The position numbers were made by a program, and so were the translations under genes. Of a stretch of 47,506 bases of DNA, positions 24,601 through 38,200 are shown piece by piece. The stretch's first letter is position 1; the number at the start of each line of letters is the position of its first letter. The stretch comes from Catajapyx aquilonaris (taxonomy: Eukaryota). The notes under the pieces are model-generated. The model ran no database searches. It was not told where the DNA came from and saw only the letters and a list, made by a program, of their open reading frames with translations. The stretch is taken from assembly GCA_000934665.2 (NCBI GenBank), contig JYFJ02002996.1, positions 1-47,506 on the forward strand, written 5' to 3'.

Positions 24601-27600
24601 TTGTCAGGAGAAATGTCTTGCGAATCTATCTGGTGAGTTCGACCGAGACGGAAATCACGCCACTACAGATTTTTGCACAGAGGGCGCCTCCGAGATATTG
24701 CCCTCTTTGTGTCTCTTCCTTCACACACGGCCGTTGTACTTTTTTTTTACTTGCTGCGGTTGACGGGAAAGAGACAAAATCTTTCGCGGGTGAGCGCACG
24801 TCTCGTCACAACCTAGAAAACTGAGGCCTCAAGATATATCAAATTCCAGTTTTTTTTCTCTCTCGCTTTCCTCCTCAGTCGGGGGGAGGTCTTCACCATT
24901 AGAAATGGCGGTAACCAGGAAGGAAATTACTGTCTAGCAAAATGGCAGGTCTCATCGATTTCAACATTTTTGCTACAGATATACGACAAGCATTGATCCG
25001 ACCCAAAAGTGTAGGCGCACATGTACGAAATGAATTGATCAGGACCAAAGTATAGCCGCCAACATGTGTTTATACGATCGTATTTTAGAATACCTAGTTA
25101 AACGTCCAAAATGATAATAATTCTGATCACCAGAGTTGACAACAATTTCTAGCCAAACCCAAAAATTATTTGTAGAAAGTCGGTAAGTTAATTTAGGTAG
25201 CTTAATACAGTCATTTCCGCTTTATGCTATTATCCGGCTGAGTCAATTAACCGGAGAAGCCCAAACCCTTCTGAAATCCGCCATAATTTCATTCCCTTAC
25301 ATTAACTCTCAGCTATTACTATCCTCCAACAATAAAAAAAAAACAATTCTTGATTACTTTTGGGCCAGCCGGAACCCTCAAAGTGATAAGGATGCCGTTG
25401 GCCTTTGTTGATTCATTATGTTAGGGCTTCTTTACCGTGCAAATTACCCGCGGGCCGACAATTGTGGTACAGTTTCTCCACTAATTAGACACCAGAAGCG
25501 CTTTTGCAACACACTCCGAGGGAATAGTAACAAGGTCGTTACAAGGAGAGCGCCAGGGTTCGATTGGTACGTAAATAACTCTCTACCACCCCCCCCCCCT
25601 CTCCTCTACGTGCCAGGTAATTACCTTGTACTAGTAGGTCCAGCGTTGTCTGGTCTTGTCCGAAGGTGTTGGTGGCCAGGCAAATGTACGTGCCGCTGTC
25701 CTGCCGGCTCACGTTGGGAATTGTCAATTCGGAGAACATGGCAGCCTCCAAGTTGCTCTCCTTTATGCGATACCTGAAACGCATATCGATTTATTAACTA
25801 GGCTGTACCAACTTGTACCTCATTACAAAGATTGTTCGCAGAAGCGGAACAAACCCAGGGAAAAAAATTATCCAATATACGGGTGTAAAAACTTTTTCGA
25901 TGCTTGTTAGCCTAAAAACCTGGCACGACGCATGAATAAATCAGCCCCAATTTTTGTAAGGCTCGGAGCGTCGCTTTAAAAAAAAAATTGAAATTAGCAA
26001 CTTTCACTTATCACCGGTTTTAGACGCGGCTATAATTTAGTCGGGGAAAAATCCTGCCTTATTATAACCGGGTGAGACATTATGGATTTACTTCTAGGCT
26101 CGAGTCGACAGCCCGTATCAGTTTCCAATAAGCCCAAGTTTTCCTCATCTCCCACACGTTGCTTTCAAGCCTTGGTGGAAATATATGGCGGCCACGTAGG
26201 TTAGCAGAGTTATAATGCCGCCGGAGGTCTTTTAAGGGTCGGCTTGAATACTCATCCTGACAATCCGGGCCGAAACGAACCGAGAAACGGGCTCTCTCAA
26301 AAAAAAAAAGTTTGTGAGGAAGGTTTTAACAAAAAAAAAGTCTACATCCCATGGTAATAGGGAATTGCAGCCAGACTCAAGATTGGTTGGGATTTGGAAA
26401 GCAGGAATCCCGGAGGAAATTTATAGCAGACCTTTTCTACTATAGGATGGGATTCCACGTTTATGCTCGTCATTTGAGGGCTAGGCAAAGTGGCCGCTGG
26501 TCTCTACTGATTGAACAAGAGGATTATGTGCAAAGCTCCGATAATTTCCTCTAATTTACTTGGTCTTTGTGTGCAAATCGGACTCGTGACTTGTATTAGG
26601 AAAGAACTGCCGGCCACAAAGTGCATGAACTACAGGTGATGAAAAGGGGTCAAGTTTAGCGTTGGAGAACCCGATTAATTAAGCTTTTTTTTGGAGGGGA
26701 GGGTAGTTTGTCCTTGCAGGAAGCAATTACATGGGAGTGTTCCATCCAAAATTAAGGCCCACATATACCCGAATCAATAGTGCAGTCCAGCGCATGTGTT
26801 CAGTTATTAAAGCTTGCGTATCCTCAAGCCGCAAGATTGCAGCTGTCAAACGCTATGGTGCACACAAAAAAAATTCGCTGCATGTGTTATTGGAAAAACT
26901 ATTCAATTATAGTTCCAGAAGACATTACCGCTTCGATGCAGAAAAAATAACAGGCACTCTATTATAACCCAATTTGAAACAGTTCCCCCGGCTTCTCTAT
27001 AAAATCGGCGAGTGTGGTATTCGCGCTGCCGTTCAATAACAGCTTGGAAACACCAGTGTTTTTACTCGATGGTCGGCGGTCCTGGAACCACACATGTTAA
27101 TTTCCAGATAGGTCCCAGCTGGGACTTATAGTCTGAACAACCCGCGCCTTTATTAAGCCTTCCCCTATTTCCTCTTCAAACCTCCAGCACACGCCATCCT
27201 CTCATTTTTTCCAAGATTCATCGCCTCGCACTTCATTCATAAGATCTGGATGTACTCTCCAGTTCTCTACTGGACCTGGGCTGGAGTGCGGCAGAATCAG
27301 AGAGGAAAAGCTGGAGGAAATTGAGTTCTGGTCTCTCAGGAGCTTTATTATGGGAGCATGGATTTTCGGAGCCAGCCGTTGCAGACGGGTCGAGAAAATA
27401 GTCTACCTTACCCTTTCATCTTCACGTGGCTCCGGGTCTCCTGATAAAGGTGATGCCAAGTCGAAGTGTGTTCTCCCTAATTAATTTTATTCACGACCTC
27501 CTTCACGTATACGGTGCCCAGAAAATGCGATCCGGAATCGAACCCCGGATAATAACTTTTGTGCGAGATCTTGGAAAGGAAATATGGGAACTGGGATTCA

Positions 27601-29211
27601 TCTTTTTCCCCCTGTGAAATATCACTGCCGATTCAAGTCATCGTCAGCTTATTTTTTTTCCAGTTCACAATTTTTTTTCTGGTTCCCCAACTTATGGCGT
27701 TCCGGATGACACACGGCGGAGGACAGATTTCTAAAAAGCCAGTCAAGTGTTCCCTTTTCATGTCAGAAAGTGCAAGCGGAGCAAGATAGAAAAAAATAGT
27801 ACGACTGAACATGAGGCAGAGAATTATCCAAATGCTCTACGATTCTAAGCCTTTCGAGAGGAAGAGTGGGTGGGGAGGGGGTTAGGGGGTGACAAGCCTC
27901 TTGGCCTTTCGCTGTCAGCTTTTACATTTTTAATGTACCGACCCAGCCGTGAAGGCTGTCACTTTTCTTTTCCACCAGACATCACGACACGCTCCGCAGA
28001 GCAAGGCTTTGAAGCCACTGACCAACAATGACGTTTTAGAAAAATTCTCAAAAGAATCGCGGTGTTGCTGAAGTGCTGCGAACTCATTCATATGGACTGG
28101 TATTTGCACTAAACAAAAGTGTCAACTCACCTGTCGTGGTCTCCAAGAGGCAGCACTTCTCCTTCTTTCCTCCACACAATCTGCATAGGAAGGTCACCCT
28201 GTGCCTCGCACAGAAGCACAGCGTTGCTTGCCCTTTTGACGCTCTCTTTCTTCGACTTGACTGCAAATCTCGGCAACGCTGCAACCACAAAAAAAAAATG
28301 TGAAGTGAGAAAAAGAAATAGTGCAAGAAAATTCAATGCACTTCATTGGACTTGGGAGCCCAAAAAAATTGGCGTTCTGTGGATAGAATCGATGCCATAC
28401 GTGCCATTTGAATTCCAGTTGCCCAGTCACGATTGGACATCCCCTACTCCGGAATAAGTGCTTGCACCCACGAGAGAGAGAAAAAAAAACTAGTCCCAAA
28501 CAAGGCTCCCGTCGGGGGAGAATGAGAAATGATCTGCATTTCAAACGGTTATTGAACGCTGCTGGGAATGCAATCAGTTGCAGCCGGTTCCGCCTTCTTC
28601 GTCAACACTTCAGGTTAAGCCTTCATTTTTCATTCGAGGCCCTCTCGATAAATGTGGCTTATTCGCTTGCCAATTATTGTCTGCTGCTTTCCCGGACAAA
28701 ACAACAACAACAAAAAACTAGGACTTGTAATCAATCCGTAGTATACACTATACAAGCGATCATTCAATGTCCTACAGGCCCCCAATCGGGAGCGTATAAT
28801 TTTGGGAGAGGATAATGATATTGGTAGGTCCGTAACAAAGCAAACGGATATCAGTTTACAACCAGCACGAATGAAAATCAAATTTCATCCTTTGTAACGC
28901 GATTGTATAGCTACACACCCCCGTTGTCATATTTTTCCTGCGCCTCACTCTCCACGTCGCGTTAATTAAGCCACGATAATGACAAGCCTCAGGCCTGACC
29001 CAATTTGAAACTGCATTGTTGCTAAGGCTGGCCCAAAATGCAAAGTGCGCAACTGATATGACCTTCCATGTAGAAGTTCGCCTATCTGCGTACCACGGAT
29101 GAGGGTACAGTTCCTTGTGGTGCAGCTGCATCGGTCAGGAGTGCAGTTAGCAAAGGCAGCATTAAAGTTTGCTCTGTTGAGCAACGAACGGAAATCGATC
29201 CCAGGACAGCT

Positions 29212-29268
<57 letters not shown>

Positions 29269-32200
29269 GGGTGCATGCTGGGGGATGGGAAGCGCTCGGG
29301 TTTTGCCTGAGATCGCGCTTGGGCCAGAGCGCACCTGACTTGTCGATAACTCGATAAGGGGATGAAAGCGAAGAGAGATGATCCTATGAAATTAAGTGCG
29401 CGCTGTCTCGCTCTCCCATCCTCATAGACTGGGAGGGAAAATATGAAAAAAAATGGGGACCATGGAGGCAGGGAATCGATTTGGAACAAGAGGATTCAAC
29501 CTTAATTACCAAGAACATGAAGTGCGTGCCCCATGTATTTTCAGCAAAAAGCAACATGCTAAAATTATTATTGGACTTCTGAGAAGTGGGCGACATTTCG
29601 CAAACCTTGCGCTTGCAGCCGGTTCGGTTGACTTATCGCGGGCTATCAAGAATTTGTCAACTTTACTTTCAGGATTACCTATTTCTTACTTGAGCAGGCT
29701 TTCATTCCCTTCTTTATCGTTCCATTACACCCTAAATTACTTGCACTATTTCCTTCGCAAAAGAAGCCTTGAAGGACCAGAGTTCCTCAGAAGAGGGACA
29801 ACTTTCTCATTAAACTCATAGATAACGGTTGGGTACAGTAGAGGAATCTCATAAAGTTTGTTCTAAATTACGCCAAAAATTATGCTCCTTGTGCTCAATA
29901 CCGCCTGTATAGACTGAGGCTAGTAAGAAACTCCCAACCCAACTTTTCATCCTAGATTCCAAAGTTTTAATTGGGATATCATGTTTCTGTATTCAGGCCC
30001 CATCTTTGCTCGCGAAGTTGATTAGTCATTCACTAACTCCAATAAGCTGTCAACAATGCTTCTGGGCCATACCACAAAACCGTTAACCTCATCAACACTA
30101 CATTGTTTTGTCGAGGCCAAGTTGCAACTATTACTAGTGGCTGGATTGGCCCTAAGAAAGTTGCTACCTACTGGTTTCGTGACATTTCTCACATTTTAGA
30201 CTTATATTGGCGGTTTGATGACCTGAACCTTTTTCGCCCTGAGATATGCCAAGACTCGATGCGCCATTAGTATCAAGGCGAGGTGAAGCACGAAACGCTC
30301 TTTGAGAGCATGTCAGGTGTGACATGGTGACAATTTCGTCTGCTGGAGCCGGTTCCGCTCCGTCCTCTGAAAGTGTCTGTAGAGAGAGAGAGACGAGTGG
30401 GAGAGGCAAAAATTATCAAGAAGACGAGGCCTGAAGTGCTGAGTGCCACTTCCCGCCAATGAGCGCAAAAGGAAGTGAATTTCCTGGCTGAGGAGAGGAA
30501 TTAGCGGAATGGGAAAGAGTTGCCTTCTGCTCTCTACTGGAAGAAGTCTCTTCACTCTTTCCAAAAGAAAGACGCACTGATTGACTGCCAAGTTGAGGAT
30601 CAAATTTGCAGGCTGTTCGTGCCGATGGTGCTCAAAAAATGTCCTCTCTCTCTCTCTTTTTAAAATGCATGTGATGACAAATATCGAGCGGCCAGAGTGT
30701 CATTTCACTTTCACGCCGCTCGACATTTATTTTAGGATGTGATATGACGCAGGGTGCACAGTGCTTATCATGAGATGATAGGTGTGGCCCAAATTGATAC
30801 ACAGGTGATTCAACCGCTCTATAAAGTGTGGATGTACTTCGCTGCAACATTTTCATTATTATTTTTTGCACAGAAAATATGAGATTATTTTAACGGCCTG
30901 ACGAATTTGGATGTCAAATATCGATCTGAAAGTGCCATTTTACTTGGTCGCCGTTCATCCGTTTATTTTAGGATGTGCACATATAGGCTCTAATTGTGCG
31001 CCCCACTTATCAGGCGCTGCCACAAGCTGCTACGACAACAACAGCCTCCGAATAGTATTCATGCTCCGGGTAAACAAGCTTATGTTAATTGCATTTACGT
31101 GTATTATAGCTGATCCATCCACCCGCAAAATTCCCCTCCGCAATATGCACACGGGATACAATAATCTTGTAATATTTTGAAGCTTCCTTTTAGCAAAATG
31201 TTAAAAAAATTTCCCGCCCATTTCCTGCTGGAGGGTGCCAGTCCAATAATTACAAATCACGCCAAGCGCGCAAAGGTCCAACTGTGCGTGCTGCTCGCAC
31301 CAACCGGGCCGTAATTAATAACGCTAGTATTTATTACACATCCGAGGGTGCAGCACGATAGTATAAATGGCGGTGGTCAGCAGGTTCTGGTGTCTAGCCC
31401 CCCCCCCCCCACCTTTTTTTTAGCAATGCGATCCTCACCAGCCCGTGCATTCCGCCGAGTGCAGCAATGCTCTCGCGATCATTTGCAATTAGACACAGCG
31501 GGTTACACAGATGCGCAAATTTTTCTGCTCTGCACGACTCGTGGAATGCAGGCATCCGGACACTGCCTCTGGGGACAACCAGGAATTTTTTTCGGAAATT
31601 TTTTTAGTTGCGAAAAAAGGGGGGTAGAGTTGTAATGATTTTCGTATCTAGATCGTAGTGCGGGTAAAAGGCTAATCAAGTGCATGAGTTTGATGCCGTG
31701 GACGGGAACAAAAGTTGAGGATATGCAGGGCCTTTGAAAAGGGGGGATTGTCGCGACCGAAGCTCGGAGTAGAAGGGGCTTGTGTGTGCAGTACAAGCGA
31801 GTGGCATAAAACAAGTTTGCGACAAAGCTAGTGTGCGGGCGTCGAAAGGGAAAGTTTCGGAGGGATAAAGCAATTTTACCTCACTATATGTGCACACTGA
31901 AAAAAAATACCAGGTCGTAAAAAATAATATATCAGTCCATTGCAAATCAAAACTTGTTGCACTTGAGGCAAAGTTAAGAAAATTCTGAGATGAAACTTAT
32001 ATGACGGCAGCATCCTCTCTCAGGAGAGATGCTCGTTTCTAGGCGACCAATTGAGGGCTTTTTGGTCTCTGTGGGCACATACTCCACCGACCTTCCGTCA
32101 AGGTGAGGCCCAGTTAGCCTTATAAAACGGCGGAAACGAGCCAGAACTGTCTAAAAAGCCAGGGTATTCTTGCCATTCAATTCCAGTTCAATAAAGAGCG

Positions 32201-35200
32201 GCCATTTCCTACCCTTCCTCTCTCTCTCTCTCTCTCTTTTATTTCGCCAACTTCTTTTCGTTCTCCGGGCTTCCTTATCTTTTTTCTCGCCCCACCGTAC
32301 TTGGGTGGTCCCCTTTTCAAAAGGTGCAAGCATTGTTGGGGCAGGTCCAATCGACAAAAAAGTGCAGGAGTGGACTGAAATTTTTCGTAGTGCTGGGTTA
32401 CTGAATGCAACAAGTACTAAATTTCTCTACGACACACCTTCTGCAATTTCCACGGAAACTACGAAACTCGAGCACCTAATCTACATTTAGTGCGGACATT
32501 TACGACGCGGGGGTTTAACTTCCTCAGGGACAGAAAAAAATATATCATGGGAATGAATAAAAACGCCACGAATAATATACACTTTCGCAGTAAAACCTTA
32601 ACAACTCGATTCCCTTGGGGGAAACTCCGCTCGAAATCTACAAGGCGAGATAGCCCCGTAATTATCTTCATAAATGTGGACAATGTCCTTCGCATAAAAC
32701 AACAAGCCGCAATCCGGAACATCACAGGGACCGCAGGCCGTTACAAAAAAAAAATATACAGAAATATCAGTGTTTACCAAAATAAAATTAATCACATGGC
32801 GCCGAATAACAAACCCTCAACCTAAAATCGAGGATGAATCGACAATATAACACAGGACAAGCAATTGAAGCCAAATGTTACGCTTTCCCCACCGCACATT
32901 CCATCACTCCAAATCAATAAGCCTTTAGAAAAAAATTCTTCACATTCCAAATCGATTGTATCCATTAAAGGGAAATGCAACTAAATGTTGCTCATTAATA
33001 GTTTTGTATACGCCTTCAAGTTACGTGTAAATTAGGCGAATGGCTCTATATTTGTTTAATTAATATTTCTCTGACCTTGGAGTCATTAGGCGCTCCAACA
33101 TGGCCACTGGTCAAGAGGGACACAAAATAGATCCTTTCTGGAAGCAACTCACCGTTGACTGTAAGAAAGATGACTGCGCTGAGGCCAGCCCCGATGCCAT
33201 TATTTGCCTCGCACAAGTAATGGCCCTCGTCCTCCTCTCTCACGTCGTAGATGAGCAGCGTTCCGTTTTCCAGCTGCTCCATTTGGAAGCGGTTGGGATG
33301 GATGGCGGTGAAGCTGCCCGGTTCTTTGCCTGTGGGAGGATAACCGACAGACCCATCATCAGAAACCACGGTACAAACACAGACGTTCCAGCAGATGAGC
33401 CCAATACCTATATAGAAAACTGGGGTGAAGAAAATCATTAACGCCTTAAGTGGTTGCAGACTTGCAAAATGGAGCGGCTGGTGTGTAAAATGGCCGACAC
33501 CTGCTGCATAAGAACCATAATTTTAGCGCATTTTTTTGGTGTCTCCTCGTCTGCCATTTTGAGCGGCGATTGCGATGCAGACGCCGTTTCCAATTGAGGA
33601 CTTTGGACTGCTTTTCCTTCTGGCAGGCTACGACCTACCTGATGGACTGTTATGGTCCAAGTAGGGGTCAGAAACAGCACGGCAATAAAGGGAAGGCCAG
33701 CGAAATTGGAACTGAAAGTTTTTTTTTGCCCCTAGGGCCAGTGTTTATGTCGCATTATTGCCCCTCCGGACGTTGCACCAACTCCCTTTTTTGTGTGGAC
33801 CACAGCTGCCTTGAACCCTATACGTTATCCATATTTTAACCGTACTTTCAAATCCACCAAAATGTTATTAAAGTAGTAAAAAAAATGTATCTGAGGCCCT
33901 TAAACTTTTCCTACTCTACGAGCAACTTCAAAAGGGATTCAGGTGAATCCGGGTTAACTTTCTTTCCTCAACTTTTTGGGGAAGGACATGCCTAATTAAG
34001 AACTTCCCTTGGTCATATCACAAAAGACATCGATGTGCGCTTCTGATCACAGGAAGCCGGTTCTCCACCTTTGTGAGGCTCCGGATACATCTTAATTGGC
34101 AAGAATTTTAGCCCCAGTTATTCAGCTAAGTGCAGGCTCATATTATAACGGTGGGTTGGAAGGACTCTATGTGACGGTGCAACCATGCATACAAGCTGCT
34201 CTCCCCAGCATATGGTCCGGTGCAGTAAAACACCAGCCAGTGGTACGCCTGAAAGAAGACAGGCCGTGTAGAATTTAGTCCAGCGTACCAAATGCCTCTG
34301 GTCTGGTTCAAAATCCCGTGACCAGTTTAAAGGTCGCGGTGACGAAAAGTTTTAGCGACATATAATTTTCAAGCGGCTGTATCATACCATACGGAAAGTT
34401 TATAATCTTTCAAAAAAAAATTGTCCGGTACTGTGTGGCTCTGGAAGATTTGGCGAAATGGTCCGGCTCGTTTGATTCAATTTCGGTTTGCAAAAAAAAA
34501 ATTAATCAAACCTGGGACTCGGGCACATGGTGTGCTGGGTTTCAGTAAATTTCGCTTGTTAGGAACATTAGCGTGAATGAACTGCTCGCATGAAGAGTTT
34601 GCTATTAAATTTGTTCTGCACACGTATTTTCACGCGAAAGATGCATCCAGCAATGCAAAATTTTCCACCAACTATAACAACACCGGAGCGGCGACAGGAA
34701 ACACTCATTCCGCAACCGGATGTCCTCAAATTTTTTGCATTCACATTTATAAAAACGGTGACCTTAAATGATGGTTTGCTGCTGGGGACATGTTACATCG
34801 GGCGTGAGAAGTGCCAATCACGTCACATGAGGGGACAGGTCGAACCACACGACAGAAATCGCGTTTCACAGGCAAGTTATAACTTGTGTTTACTATCCTG
34901 TGGCGGCCAATCGCGGTGGTGTTTCACTTGGTGAAAATAACCTGGCGGGGGTATATACCCCTCGTGTGTGGGAAATGTGTGCATACAGTATGCGGCAGTG
35001 GAACTAATTTTCGAAACAGCAAACTCGATCTCTGGGATACATGTGTGCACCACTCGACAGGTTTCATTGATTGCTTTCCAATTACTGGATAAGGATCTGA
35101 GGGTCTAGTTTTAAAGCCTTGGAATTATTTACCAACCAGGTTTTTTGGGACGCTCAAAATTCGGCGTCTCTATGGGTATCAAAAGGAAAAACAATTGGTC

Positions 35201-38200
35201 TGATGTGCTCTTTCCGATTCCAAACGACGCTCATCCAAATCCCTTCATCCTTCTTCATCCGACCTCTCTGGAAATGCCTTCCCTTAAACCAAACGTCAGA
35301 GGGCATTCGCAAAGGCATCGATATTCCCCGACGTGGATGATTGAATCTTCGATCTCATGGGGTGAAAAGTAGCGCACTTCAGTTTTTTAAATGAGGAAAA
35401 CTCAATTTCGCAAAAGTGCGGAAACCATTATGGTTGCCAGGGCCACTAACTAAATTTTCGTCCTCCGCACCTATTGATATAGGAGTCCTGGTACAAAGGA
35501 CTGGAAAATTCCTAAACGGAGCAACATTCTTGCTTCTCATACACATTTTTGTGTCATCAACAGCCTGACCTTTTTTTTCTGTGTAAACCACTGTTCAACC
35601 CACCGTTCCTTAAACACTTGCCAGCCGGTACAGTTCCCGGAAGTATACACTCGGCTGTCCCCCCAGCGAGTCATTAAAAGCGTGTCAATTTACCCTCCAT
35701 GTCGAGAGAAGTGGGTGTCATGTGTCATTATATGGCGGAGCTGACACTGAACTGTTCAAAAAGGCAACTACCACGCTACCCAGGACACCCTTTCACGACA
35801 CACTCAATTAGCTTTGTCTTGCAGGTGCCATTGTTAATTTTAATTGGACACCGCCCCATTACACTTCGAGTGGAAATAATGACCTCAACTGCCCATTGGC
35901 TGGACACCTCCGCGCAATGCAATATTAACGCCGAATTTAAGCGCAATCTTGGGACTGTTACAGGTGGATTGTTGCCTTTGACATGATCGCACAAAGCACA
36001 TGCATCCGTCGCCTCGGGGCAATAAGCCTTCACTTTGGAGGCAGTCAGACTATGCCGACGGATATACGAGGTCGTAATCCGCGCCCAAACACAAAGCAGC
36101 GTCTTATCACCCAACCATAGCCAGCTTATCAGGCCACGTTATATTGTTCATCAAGCCTCGGAACTAGCACACACAAAAAATGCATTTTACAACCTATGAA
36201 AATCTTGAGAATCCATTCCTCCAAAAGCCGGAAGGCCTATCGCGACTGCCAGCTTTCGACTTTGAATCCGAGCCCACAAATGAAGAGCCGACAACTATAC
36301 ACAACCAACTGTGCTGGCGCAACCTACACTCTGACATATATAATTAACGCAGTGCTAATTATCTCCAACTTCCAAAACTTCGTCACATGGTGGCGTTATA
36401 CAGTGAAGCTTGTTCGTTCGGACACAAAAAAACGCACAGGACCGGGGTTATTGTTAGAGATTCAAAGGGGCTTGGCGCAGTTTGAATTACGCTGAACTTT
36501 GATTTAAGCAAGTTAACAAAGTTAGGGCGCTAATGAAAACAGCTCAAAGATAATGATTGAATTTTCTCTCGGCTAACTCGCCGAATTAGACTTCTTAAAT
36601 CGGGTTACGCGAAACAATTACTTCCGTCTTTGTCACCTGCGAAACATTCTGAAGGACTGTGCCTCGCAATAATGTTAACATTGATGCAGTTCCCTATTGC
36701 TTGTAATATGGTTGCAGGGGTAAGTCTGAAATATTTCTTCCACAAAACTATATCGTCCTATCTCTTTAATTAAATTAATGTAAAATTAAATTTGATCGTT
36801 CAGTGATTATGGTTGTCTATCAGCTTAAGTTGGGCCGAATATTTATTTATTTATTGCAGTAATGTCGACAGATAGGGCTACACTATACGAGCATAATGGC
36901 CCCAGCTATTCAGCCCTGTACGACGCAACTTTGTCAGCACTGTATGGCACGACTTTCCGGAGCGGATTATCCTAATCCAGTAGCGCTGGTCATTACACGA
37001 CATCACTTTGATTCAATTCAGGCCATTCCCCTCCCCCTCCCACGAGCCAACTTGTCCGAGGCACATTCATGTAGCGCAATCCCACATGTCCGCTGCATTA
37101 CATAAATGATAAACTGCCAGCGCAGAAGAGCACACGCAGAATGTGTATTATAACCGGAGCGTACATTAGGATTTCCATCGCGCAGGGCCCGGATCCTGAT
37201 GCTACCCCAGATTAATATAATCCTTGTTTACACAAGCATCGGAAATTCCACAATCAGTCTGCAACGCTCGCTAGCTAGTTGCTAGGGCACAACTAGTCGC
37301 AGGCAGGCGGAGGCTTCCACTGTTTATCCGCGCCCAACTCCAAAGGGTAAACGGCCAAGTAATTAACTACACGCCTACCCCGAACTAAATCCCTCTTGCC
37401 ATAAACTTGTCCCCGTCAGATTTAAAGTTAATGGTTATTGCTGCTGCACGACTTCCTCACGCATACACCACGAAAAAAATAGAGGGGTCGCAATTTCTTA
37501 TCTAGTGTGACAGACGCTGGCTGCTGGAAAGGTCAACTCGACTAGGGGTTAGCTTGTATTTTAATATTTTAAACATTATATTGCTATTTGGTCAAACTCG
37601 TATGCTAGGTTGCACCATTCAACGTTGAAAAACCAAGAACTAATGAATAAATGGTCTGAAACGGCGTATGAATAACACAGGTGGATCATGTGGCATTAAT
37701 AGATTTTCTTTATAACTACGGACAATGAATTTAGGTGCTGCACGGGGGATTACTTAGACGGCGTAACCCCTTAGTAAAGAGGCCCCCGGCCGGTATCCGC
37801 AATCGTAGCAGTTTCTATTCCGATCACGGAACAGCTACCTATTAAAGCCCTCTACCCCCTGCTCAACCCACTCCCTTTCTGATTATTCATGGAGCGTGCC
37901 ATTTTACTACCTTGGCCGGATGCGTCCCCCAACACTACGGACTATTCTAGATACCAACTAAACGATGGCGATAACGAGACTCTATGCATGCACAATCCGC
38001 AAAACTGGGACACTAAGATGACATCTTGATCCGTCGGGATCAATGACGGATTAGTCACTCCAATCGCGCAATTGGCTGTGAGCATGCGCAACTGGAGTGA
38101 CTAATCCATCGTTCCAGTCGCGCATGCGCATTATGGCGTCCGTTTGCGCGATTGGAGCGACTAATCCATCACGTTTGACTCAACCGCGTGGTTAGAAGTG

